This document shows positions 21,592 through 31,559 of a stretch of 57,139 nucleotides of DNA, one piece after another. Source of the stretch: Promethearchaeota archaeon. GTDB lineage: Archaea > Asgardarchaeota > Lokiarchaeia > Sigyniarchaeales > SOKP01. The position numbers and the translations under genes are program-made. Location: contig JABCSY010000012.1 of assembly GCA_018238625.1 (NCBI GenBank), positions 1 to 57,139 of the forward strand. The letters are read 5' to 3'. Below the pieces are notes generated by a model. It ran no database searches. It was not told the DNA's origin and worked only from the letters and a program-made list of their open reading frames with translations. Every line of letters begins with the position of its first letter. The first letter of the stretch is position 1.

Positions 21592-21690
21592 AACTATTTA
21601 TTTTTTTACATTATTAGTGTTTTTAGGAATTCTACTAACAACTTTAATTATTTGCGAAAAATATTTTAACTTTAATTCATTTTAAAAAAT

Positions 21691-21840
21691 ATGAAGTATG
21701 TCTGCGCTAGAAAAAGTTGTGGGAAAGAAGTCTCTAAAAAGGAATTAAACGCTCTTCCTGGAATTAAATGTTCCCACTGTGGATTTCGCATCCTATACAA
21801 AAAACGCCCTGATGTTATAAAAAGAATTAAAGTGATATAA
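21691..21840 (+). CDS. rpoP: RNA polymerase subunit P (Rpo12); absent from the ORF track
   Basis: MKYVCARKSCGK...IKCSHCGFRILYKKRP, 49 aa. Confidence 0.92.
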   Translation: MKYVCARKSCGKEVSKKELNALPGIKCSHCGFRILYKKRPDVIKRIKVI

Positions 21841-21869
21841 GACTTTATTAGTTTGAAAGTAAGATCTTT

Positions 21870-22805
21870 TTAAATGCGATCTATGGATTCATATCTCATA
21901 TGATTTACAAGTTCTTTATACCTATTCCGTATAGTAGCTTCAGTTACCCCTGCTGCTAATGAGATCTCTCTTTGAGTCCTGCGTTCTCCCTCTTGTATCG
22001 CCGCTACATATAAAGCTGCACCCGCTAGACCAGTGGGAGCCTTTCCAGCCGTTATATGATACTTTTTTGCTAATTTTAATAATTCTGCTGCGCGATTCTG
22101 AGTTCTCCCTGAAAGATTTAATTCAGCACAAAATCGAGGGATGAAATTTATTGGAGAGGAAACTTGAATATTTATTTTTAATTCAATTAGAATTAACCTA
22201 TAACAACGAGCAATTTTTTTTTTATCGACTAAGGCAAATTCGACAAAATCATCCAAAGTTTTCGGAATATTATTCAACCGGCATGATAAATAAATGGAAG
22301 CTATTAACATTGCCTCAATAGATCTTCCTCTTATTAGATTTTTATGAGCCATTTTTCGATATATATGAGCTGCTGATTCTTTTAAGGCTTTGGATAGATT
22401 CAATTGAGAAGAAAAGCGATCTAATTCGTTCATAGCATGAGCTAAATTTCGATCTATTGATTTATTTGTCCTCGTCCTTACATGCCATTTTCTTAAGCGA
22501 TACACTTCAGCCTTCATTTTTGGGCTTATACATTTACCGAAAGCGTCTTTATTTTTCCACCCAATCATAGTACTTAGTCCTTTATCATGGAGTGTCAAAG
22601 TTGTTGGCGCTCCTACTCTGGCTTTTTTATTGGCTTCTTCTGAAGAGAAAGCTCTCCATTCAGGACCAGAATCAATGATTTTTTGGCTTAAAACTAAACC
22701 ACATACATTGCAAATTAACTCACCACGGGCGCTATCAGAAATCAGATTTGTGTTTCCACATTCTGGGCATAAATTTAAATTATTTTGAAGCATTGAAAGA
22801 TCCAA
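21870..22805 (-). CDS. tfb: Transcription initiation factor TFB
   Basis: CPECG zinc ribbon, GPEWRAF, HDKGLST, two cyclin repeats, VTEATIRNRY. Confidence 0.97.
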   Translation of the reverse strand: MDLSMLQNNLNLCPECGNTNLISDSARGELICNVCGLVLSQKIIDSGPEWRAFSSEEANKKARVGAPTTLTLHDKGLSTMIGWKNKDAFGKCISPKMKAEVYRLRKWHVRTRTNKSIDRNLAHAMNELDRFSSQLNLSKALKESAAHIYRKMAHKNLIRGRSIEAMLIASIYLSCRLNNIPKTLDDFVEFALVDKKKIARCYRLILIELKINIQVSSPINFIPRFCAELNLSGRTQNRAAELLKLAKKYHITAGKAPTGLAGAALYVAAIQEGERRTQREISLAAGVTEATIRNRYKELVNHMRYESIDRI

Positions 22806-22973
22806 TTACTTATACCCACACATATTTCAATTCCTTAATTTCTATAATTAAAGTCATACTTTTAAATGTTTGCGTTTTTAGGATTTATCAGTTAATAAAA
22901 ATCACATTTTAAAATTTTTGTTCTTAACATTTCACCGAAAAATTTTAATAAGTTATATTTTTCTGATTATATA

Positions 22974-23420
22974 ATGCGACATTTTTATAAAAGTCATGGT
23001 AAGCATTGTTATCTTCGATCATTTCAGACATCTTGCAGAAAGTGTGGTGCAGATGTGTTATATTGGGAATGCACTCATGGAAGTAAAATCTTTTTTGAGT
23101 ACCCACCTTACGGAAAATTACGAAGGCATTATTGTCGGAACCTTGATGGAAAATCACATCAAAGAAAGATTTTTCCAGTTGTTGTTCAAAAACCTAAAGG
23201 TCTTTTGGAAAACCCATATTTCAGTTGTCCCGTGTGTGGGAAATTGTTTAGAAAAGAAATTTTTCTAAAAGATCATCTGAATGAACTAAAAAAAAATGAT
23301 TCCAAACATAATTTATTTTTTCAAAATAAAATAATATTTAAAAACAAATTGAATGAAAAGAATGAATTTCAAGATAAACCTAGGTTTGGGAGAATTAATA
23401 TAAGGTCATCAAAAAAATAA
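22974..23420 (+). CDS. Zinc-finger hypothetical protein
   Basis: CRKCG and C2H2-like CPVCGKLF...H. Confidence 0.6.
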   Translation: MRHFYKSHGKHCYLRSFQTSCRKCGADVLYWECTHGSKIFFEYPPYGKLRRHYCRNLDGKSHQRKIFPVVVQKPKGLLENPYFSCPVCGKLFRKEIFLKDHLNELKKNDSKHNLFFQNKIIFKNKLNEKNEFQDKPRFGRINIRSSKK

Positions 23421-23530
23421 AATTCCGAACCCATAACATTTTAATAAAAATTTTATAATTATATTTATACTAATATATTATTATTAATTCTTCACTAGAG
23501 GATATATAAATCTAAAAAATTGAGGAAAAA

Positions 23531-24133
23531 ATGCCAGCTGATCCAGCAACTGTTATTTATAATTTAATGCAAAAAGATCCCAGTATTATTGCTGCTGCTG
23601 TAATTCAAGGAAGAAATAACATTCTTTACTCAACAGATAATTGGGACATTAGTTCTGATATTGGTAAAGTTAGTTCAAGTTGGAGCGGTTTAAACGCTCC
23701 GTTTATCATAATTTCGGGTGTAAAATATTCTGTGCTTCAATGTACATCAGAAAGGATGGTAGCTACTTCAATTAAGGGCGAAGGGCACATAATTGGAGCA
23801 AAAGATGAAGAACACAAAGTTTTAATATATCTTGAACCAGATGGTGAACCTATGGGGGCAACGATGGATACATCAAGAGCAGTTTCAGAGTTAAGTTCAA
23901 AACAAGCTTATGTGGGCGCTAATACTCAATTTAGTGAAAGCGGTGTTGCGCCTGTTGCAGGAAAAAGTGTAGAACCTCAATTAAAAGGGGAAATTCAGTC
24001 TTTCTTAGAGTGGATAAAAGATGGCGAGGGGCTTTCAGGATACATTAACTATTATCTTCAACAAAATAACGCCCATATCATATCCGAACTTTCAAAAATA
24101 TATAACGAGTTAAGACAAATATTTGGAGTGTAA
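23531..24133 (+). CDS. Asgard profilin-like protein with a C-terminal extension
   Basis: AAAVI..STDNWDIS, ISGVKYSVL, ERMVATSIKGEGHII resemble Loki-type profilins. Confidence 0.72.
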   Translation: MPADPATVIYNLMQKDPSIIAAAVIQGRNNILYSTDNWDISSDIGKVSSSWSGLNAPFIIISGVKYSVLQCTSERMVATSIKGEGHIIGAKDEEHKVLIYLEPDGEPMGATMDTSRAVSELSSKQAYVGANTQFSESGVAPVAGKSVEPQLKGEIQSFLEWIKDGEGLSGYINYYLQQNNAHIISELSKIYNELRQIFGV

Positions 24134-24285
24134 ATTGACTTTTAACTATAGCGATATTATTGGAAAGTTCTCAGAAATAATGTAAAAACAATCAAAAATC
24201 TTCAAAAAGTAGTGACAAAATACCTATCTCAAACAAATTACATTTCAAAAATCTTAATTCTCAAAATAGCAACGAGCGTAGAAAA

Positions 24286-24684
24286 GTGGTTAAACAACTA
24301 AAAAAAAAAATAGATAAAAGAAAAACAGTGTATAAAACAGATGAGGATTTAGAAATGGATATTCCCTTAGTTCCTGAAGCACCAAAAAATAAAGAAAAGT
24401 TAACGGTTAATTCTCCGGGTCTTTCTACTGACTTGCTTATTAAAATGAAAAAGCTTGGATCGGAACAAATAAAAGTAGTTTTAGTCAATTGTGAACGGTG
24501 TAATGAAATAATCCCCGTGCCAATTCCAAAGAATTTTATATCAAAATCAAAGCTACCTGTTGTTCCTATAAGTTATGTTCACAATAACCCTCAAAATAAA
24601 GATCAACATTGTATCACTCTTCATGTTGATCATGATTTTGATATACGTCGGCAACGTATATCAGATGTTGTTTTTTCTCCTTAG
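24286..24684 (+). CDS. Hypothetical protein with CxxC
   Basis: 132-aa ORF; CERC and His-rich C-terminal region; start uncertain. Confidence 0.65.
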   Translation: MVKQLKKKIDKRKTVYKTDEDLEMDIPLVPEAPKNKEKLTVNSPGLSTDLLIKMKKLGSEQIKVVLVNCERCNEIIPVPIPKNFISKSKLPVVPISYVHNNPQNKDQHCITLHVDHDFDIRRQRISDVVFSP

Positions 24685-24693
24685 TAATTGTAT

Positions 24694-24915
24694 TCACATT
24701 AAATTAATAACGATCACGATAACAAAGGGAATTAAACATAATAAACAGCTAAAAGCAATAAAACTATTCCTCCACTTCAAATCGTTAGGATTAAGAATTG
24801 CGTTGCAATTTTCACAATATTTCCGAATTGGGTCGTTTATTTCACTATCACAGTTATAGCATCGTGTTAGCGCAATACTTTTTTTAATTGTAGAATTGTG
24901 TTTAGATGTAGACAT
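24694..24915 (-). CDS. Small zinc-ribbon membrane protein
   Basis: CYNC..YCENC plus C-terminal TM helix. Confidence 0.65.
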   Translation of the reverse strand: MSTSKHNSTIKKSIALTRCYNCDSEINDPIRKYCENCNAILNPNDLKWRNSFIAFSCLLCLIPFVIVIVINLM

Positions 24916-25029
24916 TAGAATTCAAGTACTTATATAATTTAATAGAATTAAAAAAATGCTGTAAACTATATTATATAATTCTCAATTAAAATAAAATTAT
25001 AAATTCATTGTTTAATTGGTGAGTAATCG

Positions 25030-25842
25030 ATTTCGGGCTATATAGGCAAAAGAATTAGATTAGAACGAATTTTTAATAGGGAAACAAATAAGACGATCAT
25101 AGTTCCTATGGATCATGGATTAACTGTAGGTCCTATTAAAGGAATTAAAAGAAGTTTAGGTGAAATGGTAAACAAAATAGCTTTAGGGGGCGCAAATGCC
25201 GTTTTAGGGCATATAGGGATTCCGTTATACGCCCATAGAAGATATGGTCCAGATATTGGCTTAATTTTACATTTATCTGGTTCAACCTCTCTAAGTCCTG
25301 AGTCGAATTATAAAGTTTTAGTAAATAACGTATTAGACGCAGTAAAATTAGGGGCCGATGGTGTATCTTTGCATATTAATATTGGAACAAAGGCAGATCC
25401 AGAAATGCTAGAAATTCTAGGAGTAGTTTCACGTGAATGCCGAGAGTTTGGAATGCCCCTTTTGGCTATGATGTATCCTAGAGGGGAAAATATCGAAAAC
25501 GAACACGATGTTGAAGTCGTTAAAATCGCAGTAAGAGTCGCTGCTGAATTAGGGGCAGATATTGTGAAAACTAATTGGACGGGTGACCCTGATTCTTTTA
25601 GTGAAGTAATTGAAGGGTGCATGGCACCAGTAATTATCGCGGGAGGAGTTAAAGCGGGGATTAAAGAAATTTTAGAAGTAACTAAGCAATCCATAGATGT
25701 TGGAGGCGCTGGAGTTGCCTATGGAAGAAATGTATTTCAAGCGGATAATCCTACTAAAGTTGTGAAAGCGCTTTATTTAATTGTTCACAAAAATTATGAA
25801 GTAGAAGAAGCCATTAAAGAAACAAACATAAAAGGTTTATAA
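25030..25842 (+). CDS. Class I aldolase (ADH synthase / archaeal FBP aldolase family); start extended to ATT
   Basis: GKRIRLERIF..IIVPMDHG, MMYPRG, ELGADIVKT, AGG, GRNVFQ. GGTGA Shine-Dalgarno at 25018. Confidence 0.9.
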   Translation: MSGYIGKRIRLERIFNRETNKTIIVPMDHGLTVGPIKGIKRSLGEMVNKIALGGANAVLGHIGIPLYAHRRYGPDIGLILHLSGSTSLSPESNYKVLVNNVLDAVKLGADGVSLHINIGTKADPEMLEILGVVSRECREFGMPLLAMMYPRGENIENEHDVEVVKIAVRVAAELGADIVKTNWTGDPDSFSEVIEGCMAPVIIAGGVKAGIKEILEVTKQSIDVGGAGVAYGRNVFQADNPTKVVKALYLIVHKNYEVEEAIKETNIKGL

Positions 25843-25881
25843 AACGCAGATTTATTAATTTAACAATAGTATTGATAATAA

Positions 25882-26250
25882 ATGAGACCCATAATCGAAA
25901 AAACTAAAGAGATTGATAAGATTAAGATTTATTTATCGCTTTTTAAATTGCAAAAAAGTTATCTCTTACTTATCTCTGATCAAGAAAACAGAGGTATCGG
26001 AAATGTAACTTTAGGAAGCCCACCTACAATTGAAGGAATGAAAGCGTCATCAGTTACACATCAGTTATTCGGAGTCCAAAGAAAATTATTAAGTAAAATT
26101 ATTGTTGATAAGACAACTTCTTATCTTAATGCCCCAGTATTATTATTGTTGTTTTTGAAATCAGTAGAAAACGAAAGCGAGATCGTAAAAGCGCTGATCT
26201 TATTTTTAAATGAAGCGTTAAATGAAATCTCTAACAATTCTGATAAGTAA
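25882..26250 (+). CDS. Hypothetical protein, possibly PAC3/PAC4-like chaperone fold
   Basis: IGNVTLGSP...QLFG...APVLL pattern. Confidence 0.45.
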   Translation: MRPIIEKTKEIDKIKIYLSLFKLQKSYLLLISDQENRGIGNVTLGSPPTIEGMKASSVTHQLFGVQRKLLSKIIVDKTTSYLNAPVLLLLFLKSVENESEIVKALILFLNEALNEISNNSDK

Positions 26251-26290
26251 TTATTGAGGTTGAAATTAGAACTATTTTGAAGAGAAAAAA

Positions 26291-26456
26291 TGCAGAGAAG
26301 GGGATTTGAACCCCTGTAGACCTATGTCAATGGATCTTGAGTGTGGTTCAAAAACGCAAATGATTATGGTTTTTGAAAATGTCCATCACCGGTTGCCGCT
26401 TAATTATTCCTTATTTAGAAATAATTCTTGCTTTGACCTGGCTTGGTTATCTCTGC
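26291..26456 (-). tRNA. tRNA-Leu(CAA) with two introns (26392-26432 D-loop; 26341-26380 at 32/33)
   Basis: GCAGAGA/TCTCTGC acceptor stem and long variable arm; removing two relaxed BHB introns gives CT-CAA-GA. Confidence 0.9.
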
Positions 26457-26542
26457 TCTATTTTAATCCTTTATTATCTCTTATTTATTTTGTAATGATA
26501 AATGTAAATTAATAATTTTTTGAAGATGATGTGATATTCGCA

Positions 26543-26773
26543 TTATGGTTGTAAAAAGAACATAAATACAAAAAGGACCGCCATCATCCCGAACATAAAA
26601 AGCATTTGAACTCTACTTTTTTTCTTTTTCTTTTTTTCATGTGTGAGATAATTATCTCGACAAGTTTGACTGCAAAACTGTTTATCCGTTGGCATTGCTT
26701 TTCCGCATATTGGACAATGACCATGAGGACCCCATTTCTTTTTAATTTGGTCTTTCCATGAAGTTTGAGACAT
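26543..26773 (-). CDS. DUF2116-like zinc-ribbon membrane protein
   Basis: PHGHCPICGKAMP..FCSQTC plus TM helix. Confidence 0.8.
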   Translation of the reverse strand: MSQTSWKDQIKKKWGPHGHCPICGKAMPTDKQFCSQTCRDNYLTHEKKKKKKSRVQMLFMFGMMAVLFVFMFFLQP

Positions 26774-26853
26774 TTTTATTTCATCTATATATTGACTGTT
26801 TAGAACTATGTTAGTAAAATGTTACAAATTAAAATAATTTATCATAAAAAAAC

Positions 26854-27561
26854 TTAGTTTGATATAGTAGTACCAATAATCTCTTTTTCATTTTCCCAAA
26901 ATTTGTTAAATTGAACTAACTTTTTTCCGGAAATTACCAATATTGTAATTTTACTTCTTTTTAAAATTTGTAGAGAAACTGCATCAAAAATCCTATACTC
27001 TCCCGCAGCTGCTTGCTTATCTCCTGATGATTGTAAAATTATATCTCGTAGTTTACCATAAGAAAGATGTTTAATCAATTTTGCATCTTTAAAGAGCTTT
27101 GGATCTTTATCAAATATACCTTCTACATCTGTGAGGATTATTAACTTGTTTGCATTTATATACTCTGCAACTTCAATTGCTACGGAGGTTGTCGATTGAC
27201 CCAGTTGTAAACCACCCATTACTACAATTTTATGAGTTAGAATAGCAATTGATAACTCTTCAATTGATTTTGGTACTTGGGGGTAAGCAAATTCTTTCAA
27301 ATTGGAAATAATTAATCGAGAATTTATACGCGAAATATCAATTCCAATCAAATCACATAAGGCCTCATTCTGAGTAAAATCTCTTATAACATCAATGTAT
27401 TCCCTCGCTATTATTCCTCCTCCACAAACAATAACAATGGAATCGTATTCTTTATTGTTTTTGACTATATTGCAAAATTCAGTAATTTTTTTAGAATTTA
27501 TCGTTTTCCCTTCAGAAAATAAAAGAGAACCCCCAATCTTTATCACAATATTCTTTTTCAT
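26854..27561 (-). CDS. pyrH: Uridylate kinase
   Basis: KIGGS, CGGGIIAREYI, GQSTT, TDVEGIFDKDP. Confidence 0.93.
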   Translation of the reverse strand: MKKNIVIKIGGSLLFSEGKTINSKKITEFCNIVKNNKEYDSIVIVCGGGIIAREYIDVIRDFTQNEALCDLIGIDISRINSRLIISNLKEFAYPQVPKSIEELSIAILTHKIVVMGGLQLGQSTTSVAIEVAEYINANKLIILTDVEGIFDKDPKLFKDAKLIKHLSYGKLRDIILQSSGDKQAAAGEYRIFDAVSLQILKRSKITILVISGKKLVQFNKFWENEKEIIGTTISN

Positions 27562-27637
27562 AATAAAATATAATTGATTTTTATTTTTTAATAATATATA
27601 TTATAATTGAATTGATAAATTTGATTATTCAAGGAGT

Positions 27638-28591
27638 ATGGCTAATACGACAAATAAAATTACAGTTGAAGTTCCACATCGTATTTCTGGCTTTTTTGAG
27701 ATTGTAGATAAAAAGAATGGTAATATAATTAACACCCCTGAGCAAATTGGTTCTCGAGGAGCCGGATTTAACGTAAGTGGGAAAGGAAGAACAGATTTAT
27801 CATTTGAAAACTTAGAGAAGGGAAAAGAAAGTTGTTGTACAATTTATATTAATGAAGAAAAGTTTGATAAAAAAGCAGAAACAACACATTTTATCTTTGA
27901 TTATGTTAAAAAATTGATAAAGGATCCCGTTAAAGTTAAAATCGAACATTTTTTCGATTTACCCGTTGGATGCGGATATGGCGCAAGTGGTTCAGGTGCA
28001 TTAGGAACGATTTTTGGGTTGAATAAACTATTTAATCTAAACTTGGGCGTTTTAGAAAATGGAAAGATTGCTCATATTGCAGAAGTTGTAAAAAAAACGG
28101 GATTAGGAACCGTGTGCGGCCAATTAGGAAGAGGTCTATGCATATTAAAAGAACCAGGTTATCCTTGCACCTATGAACGCTTAAAAAGTCCTAGTGATCT
28201 TTTAGTGATTTGTGGCTCTTTTGGAACGATACAAACAAAATCGATCTTATCAGATGCAAGTTTGAGTTCAAAAATAAAACGAGCTGGTAAGATTGCTTTG
28301 AATAAATTAATGTTAGAGCCTAATTATAGAAGTTTTATTAGGGTTTCATTTCAATTTGTAGAGGAGTCAGAGATAATAAATATTTTACATTTAGATAGAA
28401 TTAGGGATTTATTAAATGATTTACACAAATTAGACATCATTGGTGCCAGTATGAATCAATTAGGGCGCTCAGTTTACATATTTTGCAAAAAAGGAAGCGA
28501 AAACGAGGTTTTGGAAGTTTTAAATACATATAAACCAGATATATTAATATTTAAATTAACTATTAATAACAAAAATACAATCTCTTTTTAA
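27638..28591 (+). CDS. Pantoate kinase (GHMP family)
   Basis: VPHRISGFF, GSRGAG, PVGCGYGASG, AHIAEV..TGLG, ASMNQLG. Confidence 0.88.
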   Translation: MANTTNKITVEVPHRISGFFEIVDKKNGNIINTPEQIGSRGAGFNVSGKGRTDLSFENLEKGKESCCTIYINEEKFDKKAETTHFIFDYVKKLIKDPVKVKIEHFFDLPVGCGYGASGSGALGTIFGLNKLFNLNLGVLENGKIAHIAEVVKKTGLGTVCGQLGRGLCILKEPGYPCTYERLKSPSDLLVICGSFGTIQTKSILSDASLSSKIKRAGKIALNKLMLEPNYRSFIRVSFQFVEESEIINILHLDRIRDLLNDLHKLDIIGASMNQLGRSVYIFCKKGSENEVLEVLNTYKPDILIFKLTINNKNTISF

Positions 28592-28596
28592 AAAAA

Positions 28597-29421
28597 TTAA
28601 TTTTTAGTTTTTGCAGAATTCAATGATTTTGATTTTATTGTAGCTGATTCTACGGCCCTAATCATGGTTGCTCTCAATTTAGCTGATTCAATTTCATGTA
28701 TTGCAGTAATAGTCGTCCCTCCAGGGGTGGCTACCATATCTTTCAGTTCCCCGGGGTGTTTACCTGTTTCTAATAGTAATTTTGCAGAACCCAAAACCGT
28801 TTGAGCAGCTAATTTTAGAGATACGGCTCTAGGTAAGCCCATTTTCACGCCACCGTCAGCTAATGCTTCAATAATAATAAAAATATATGCAGGACCGCTT
28901 CCAGATAGTCCTGTAACCGCATCTAAATGAACTTCATCTAATTCTACTACTATACCAACAGCATTAAAAAGTTTTTTAACAAAGTCTATTTGGTAATTTT
29001 TGATGTTTTCATTGTATGCCATTGCCGTTGCTGCAGCACCTACAAGTGCTGGAGTGTTTGTCATTATTCTTATTAATCCAATTGGGCTATTAATATATTT
29101 AGTAATGTGAGTAAGAGAAATTCCTGCTGCTACAGAGATAATTGTTTGTTGTTCTGTGATTATTGAGCCAATTTCAAGCAAAACGGTATCAATTACTTGA
29201 GGAATAACAGCAATTAAAATGTATTTGGATGAACGCACTAAATCCGCATTACTTTCAGCAATCTCAACATTAAATTCCTTAGATCGTATATTTCTTTTGT
29301 CTTCATCAATATCAAAAATAATAATTTCATTTTTATTAAGAGTATTCGTAGAAATTAATCTCTTTAATAAACTAGAACCGATTTTTCCAATCCCGATAAT
29401 TCCCAATTCTTTGTTGTGCAT
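28597..29421 (-). CDS. proC: Pyrroline-5-carboxylate reductase
   Basis: GIGKIG, RIMTNTP, TGLSGSGPAY, VATPGGTT. Confidence 0.95.
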   Translation of the reverse strand: MHNKELGIIGIGKIGSSLLKRLISTNTLNKNEIIIFDIDEDKRNIRSKEFNVEIAESNADLVRSSKYILIAVIPQVIDTVLLEIGSIITEQQTIISVAAGISLTHITKYINSPIGLIRIMTNTPALVGAAATAMAYNENIKNYQIDFVKKLFNAVGIVVELDEVHLDAVTGLSGSGPAYIFIIIEALADGGVKMGLPRAVSLKLAAQTVLGSAKLLLETGKHPGELKDMVATPGGTTITAIHEIESAKLRATMIRAVESATIKSKSLNSAKTKN

Positions 29422-29507
29422 AAATTTAGTTTATTAATGTAACCAAAATAATGTTATTAAATAGAACGATTATTTTAAAAATTTAAAAAGCATTTCTCAG
29501 ATAATAT

Positions 29508-30032
29508 TCAATTAAATACATCACTAAGATTATTTGCTATAAAATCAGAAGATCTTATTCCAAAATCGGTCCATAAATTAATTTCTAAAATAATTTTGTC
29601 TTTTACTTTGTTAATTTGATGAAACTTATTATGTTGAAAAAATTGAATCCCTTTTTTATATTTATGAGGTAATTCTACAAAAATAGAAGCAATTCCTTTT
29701 TTTTTTTGAATGGCTAAGTAGTTTATTAATATTTTTTTTCCAATATGCTTTTTCCTGAAATTTGGATTTACATATATTAGATAGAGATTCGTTTTAGGCA
29801 CAATTTTTTCCAAAGAATCAACCTTGTGATTTTTTTCTTCCGCAACTAAAATTCCCACTAAAAGTTTCTTATAATATGCTTTTAATGTGAAATATTTGCG
29901 ATTTAAAAAATTAATATTAAAATCTTCAATTAGTTGTAAAAATTCTTTAGCACACAGATTCAACTCTATTAAATCTTCTTTATTTGCTTCTTTTATAATG
30001 ATGTCTGGATCGTCTATTTGAAATTCTCTCAT
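29508..30032 (-). CDS. GNAT acetyltransferase
   Basis: YVNPNFRKKHIG acetyl-CoA motif. Confidence 0.8.
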   Translation of the reverse strand: MREFQIDDPDIIIKEANKEDLIELNLCAKEFLQLIEDFNINFLNRKYFTLKAYYKKLLVGILVAEEKNHKVDSLEKIVPKTNLYLIYVNPNFRKKHIGKKILINYLAIQKKKGIASIFVELPHKYKKGIQFFQHNKFHQINKVKDKIILEINLWTDFGIRSSDFIANNLSDVFN

Positions 30033-30039
30033 AAACGGT

Positions 30040-30774
30040 TTAATTGTATAATTCTGATTTTAATTCTTCAATAAGATATCCTTTTATCATTCCATGATTT
30101 CTGTCATATCCTTCACAAACCACGCTCCTAACGCCAATTAAATCGGGTGATATCTCTTTTATTTTCGGGATTGAATCTTTCAATAAGTTTCCAGCTAGAG
30201 CAACTTCAAGGTTTAACTCTTTTGATTTATCTCTAAACTGTTTAAGTTGTTTAACATTTAAAAAATCGAACAAATTTTTTCCATCTTTGATGTATGTATC
30301 AAGCATTGCAATATCAGAACCAGATTTTTCTGCGATAGTGGGAATGGATAAAAAATCTGGTGATGAATTCATCCGTATTCTGTCGGCATAACCCGCTACG
30401 ACGATCTTTATACTCTTATCATAATCTTTTACAGCTTTTACAACTTTAGTCATTAAATTAATGCCTTCTTTTTCGGTATTTGGCCCTTTAAGCCCCACTT
30501 TAATAATATCCGCCCCCGATACTGCAGCACCTAGAGCGGCTAACGAAGCTGAACCCGGTAAATTAGGGAAATCTCCAATAGTTGCGCTCAATAATTGAGA
30601 GTTATTAGGAGGAATTAGGTTTTTCATTTTTTTTATAATCCAAGGAAAATTTGCTCCAAGAGAACCTTCGCTTGGATTTTTACAATCGATATAATTCACA
30701 TCTTTATGTTGAACAATAACTTTTGCTTCCTCAATATCTTTAGGGCTTATCAATAATTTGATTCTTTTTTGCAT
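30040..30774 (-). CDS. mfnB: (5-formylfuran-3-yl)methyl phosphate synthase (methanofuran biosynthesis)
   Basis: LLISP, IDCKNPSEGSLGANFPW, SATIGD, MLDT..KDG, ALAG, GVRS. Confidence 0.92.
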   Translation of the reverse strand: MQKRIKLLISPKDIEEAKVIVQHKDVNYIDCKNPSEGSLGANFPWIIKKMKNLIPPNNSQLLSATIGDFPNLPGSASLAALGAAVSGADIIKVGLKGPNTEKEGINLMTKVVKAVKDYDKSIKIVVAGYADRIRMNSSPDFLSIPTIAEKSGSDIAMLDTYIKDGKNLFDFLNVKQLKQFRDKSKELNLEVALAGNLLKDSIPKIKEISPDLIGVRSVVCEGYDRNHGMIKGYLIEELKSELYN

Positions 30775-30904
30775 AATCAGTCAAATTTAAATGTCTTTTT
30801 GAATGGAACGATTAGAATTTACTCATTTAATAAATAAATGCGTTTAATAATAGATCTTTTATATTACTAAGCTAAAATAATTTTTTATTTTTAGATATTT
30901 GTAA

Positions 30905-30990
30905 TTAAATTAAAACATATAAAGAACAAATGATATAAAAATTTAAATTAAAACATATAAAGAACAAATGATATAAAAATTTAAATTAAA
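30905..30990. repeat. 38-bp tandem duplication (two full copies plus a 10-bp partial)
   Basis: TTAAATTAAAACATATAAAGAACAAATGATATAAAAAT at 30905-30942 and 30943-30980. Confidence 0.95.
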
Positions 30991-31028
30991 TAATTATTAT
31001 TAAATATCAAAAAAATCATGAATTTATT

Positions 31029-31559
31029 ATGTCACCAAAAGAAATCACAAAAGTAGACATAACAAACGAAGTATTTAGAGAGCCATTTGAAGTTATTAAA
31101 CAAATATCCTTAAATTTAGATGGATTAAAATATACTAAAGTTATTCAAACATTTGTAATGGAAGATCGAAGATTGAACCTCTCTTTAGAAAATCAAGGAT
31201 CCAGTTATTTCAAGGGTAAAGTTGTTTGGATTGGCAATAAAAAGGATGATAGCGAAGGAACTATCTTTTGCGTTGATATTAAAACGGAATTAAAACAGAT
31301 TAATCCTACTGCTGAAAATACTGAAAATGTTGTGCTTGATATAAAAAAGGAAATTATTAGAATATCTACTGCATCCAAAACGAAATGTACAGTTTGTGGA
31401 AAGCCCATTGAAATTTTCGATGAAGTAACTGGTTGTCCAATTTGTGAAGCGAAAGCCCATAAAGGACATTTCATAGATTGGGTAAGAATGAAACATGCTT
31501 GTCCAGTTTGTAAAAAATCATTAAATGTATCAAGTTCTGGTGTGATTTTTATCGATTAA
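31029..31559 (+). CDS. Protein with a C-terminal RING-like zinc finger
   Basis: CTVC-x12-CPIC-x4-H-x2-H-x3-W-x6-CPVC. Confidence 0.7.
   Translation: MSPKEITKVDITNEVFREPFEVIKQISLNLDGLKYTKVIQTFVMEDRRLNLSLENQGSSYFKGKVVWIGNKKDDSEGTIFCVDIKTELKQINPTAENTENVVLDIKKEIIRISTASKTKCTVCGKPIEIFDEVTGCPICEAKAHKGHFIDWVRMKHACPVCKKSLNVSSSGVIFID

Noticed and set aside
24160-24285. In-frame upstream extension of ORF 24286 through one TAA
   Set aside because: Low-complexity sequence with no homology cue and no BHB or readthrough signal.
26306-26512. 68-aa ORF (and the 60-aa ORF at 37147-37329)
   Set aside because: Both are antisense to intron-containing tRNA genes.
30905-30990. Possible CRISPR array
   Set aside because: The copies are directly adjacent with no spacers, and there are no cas genes.
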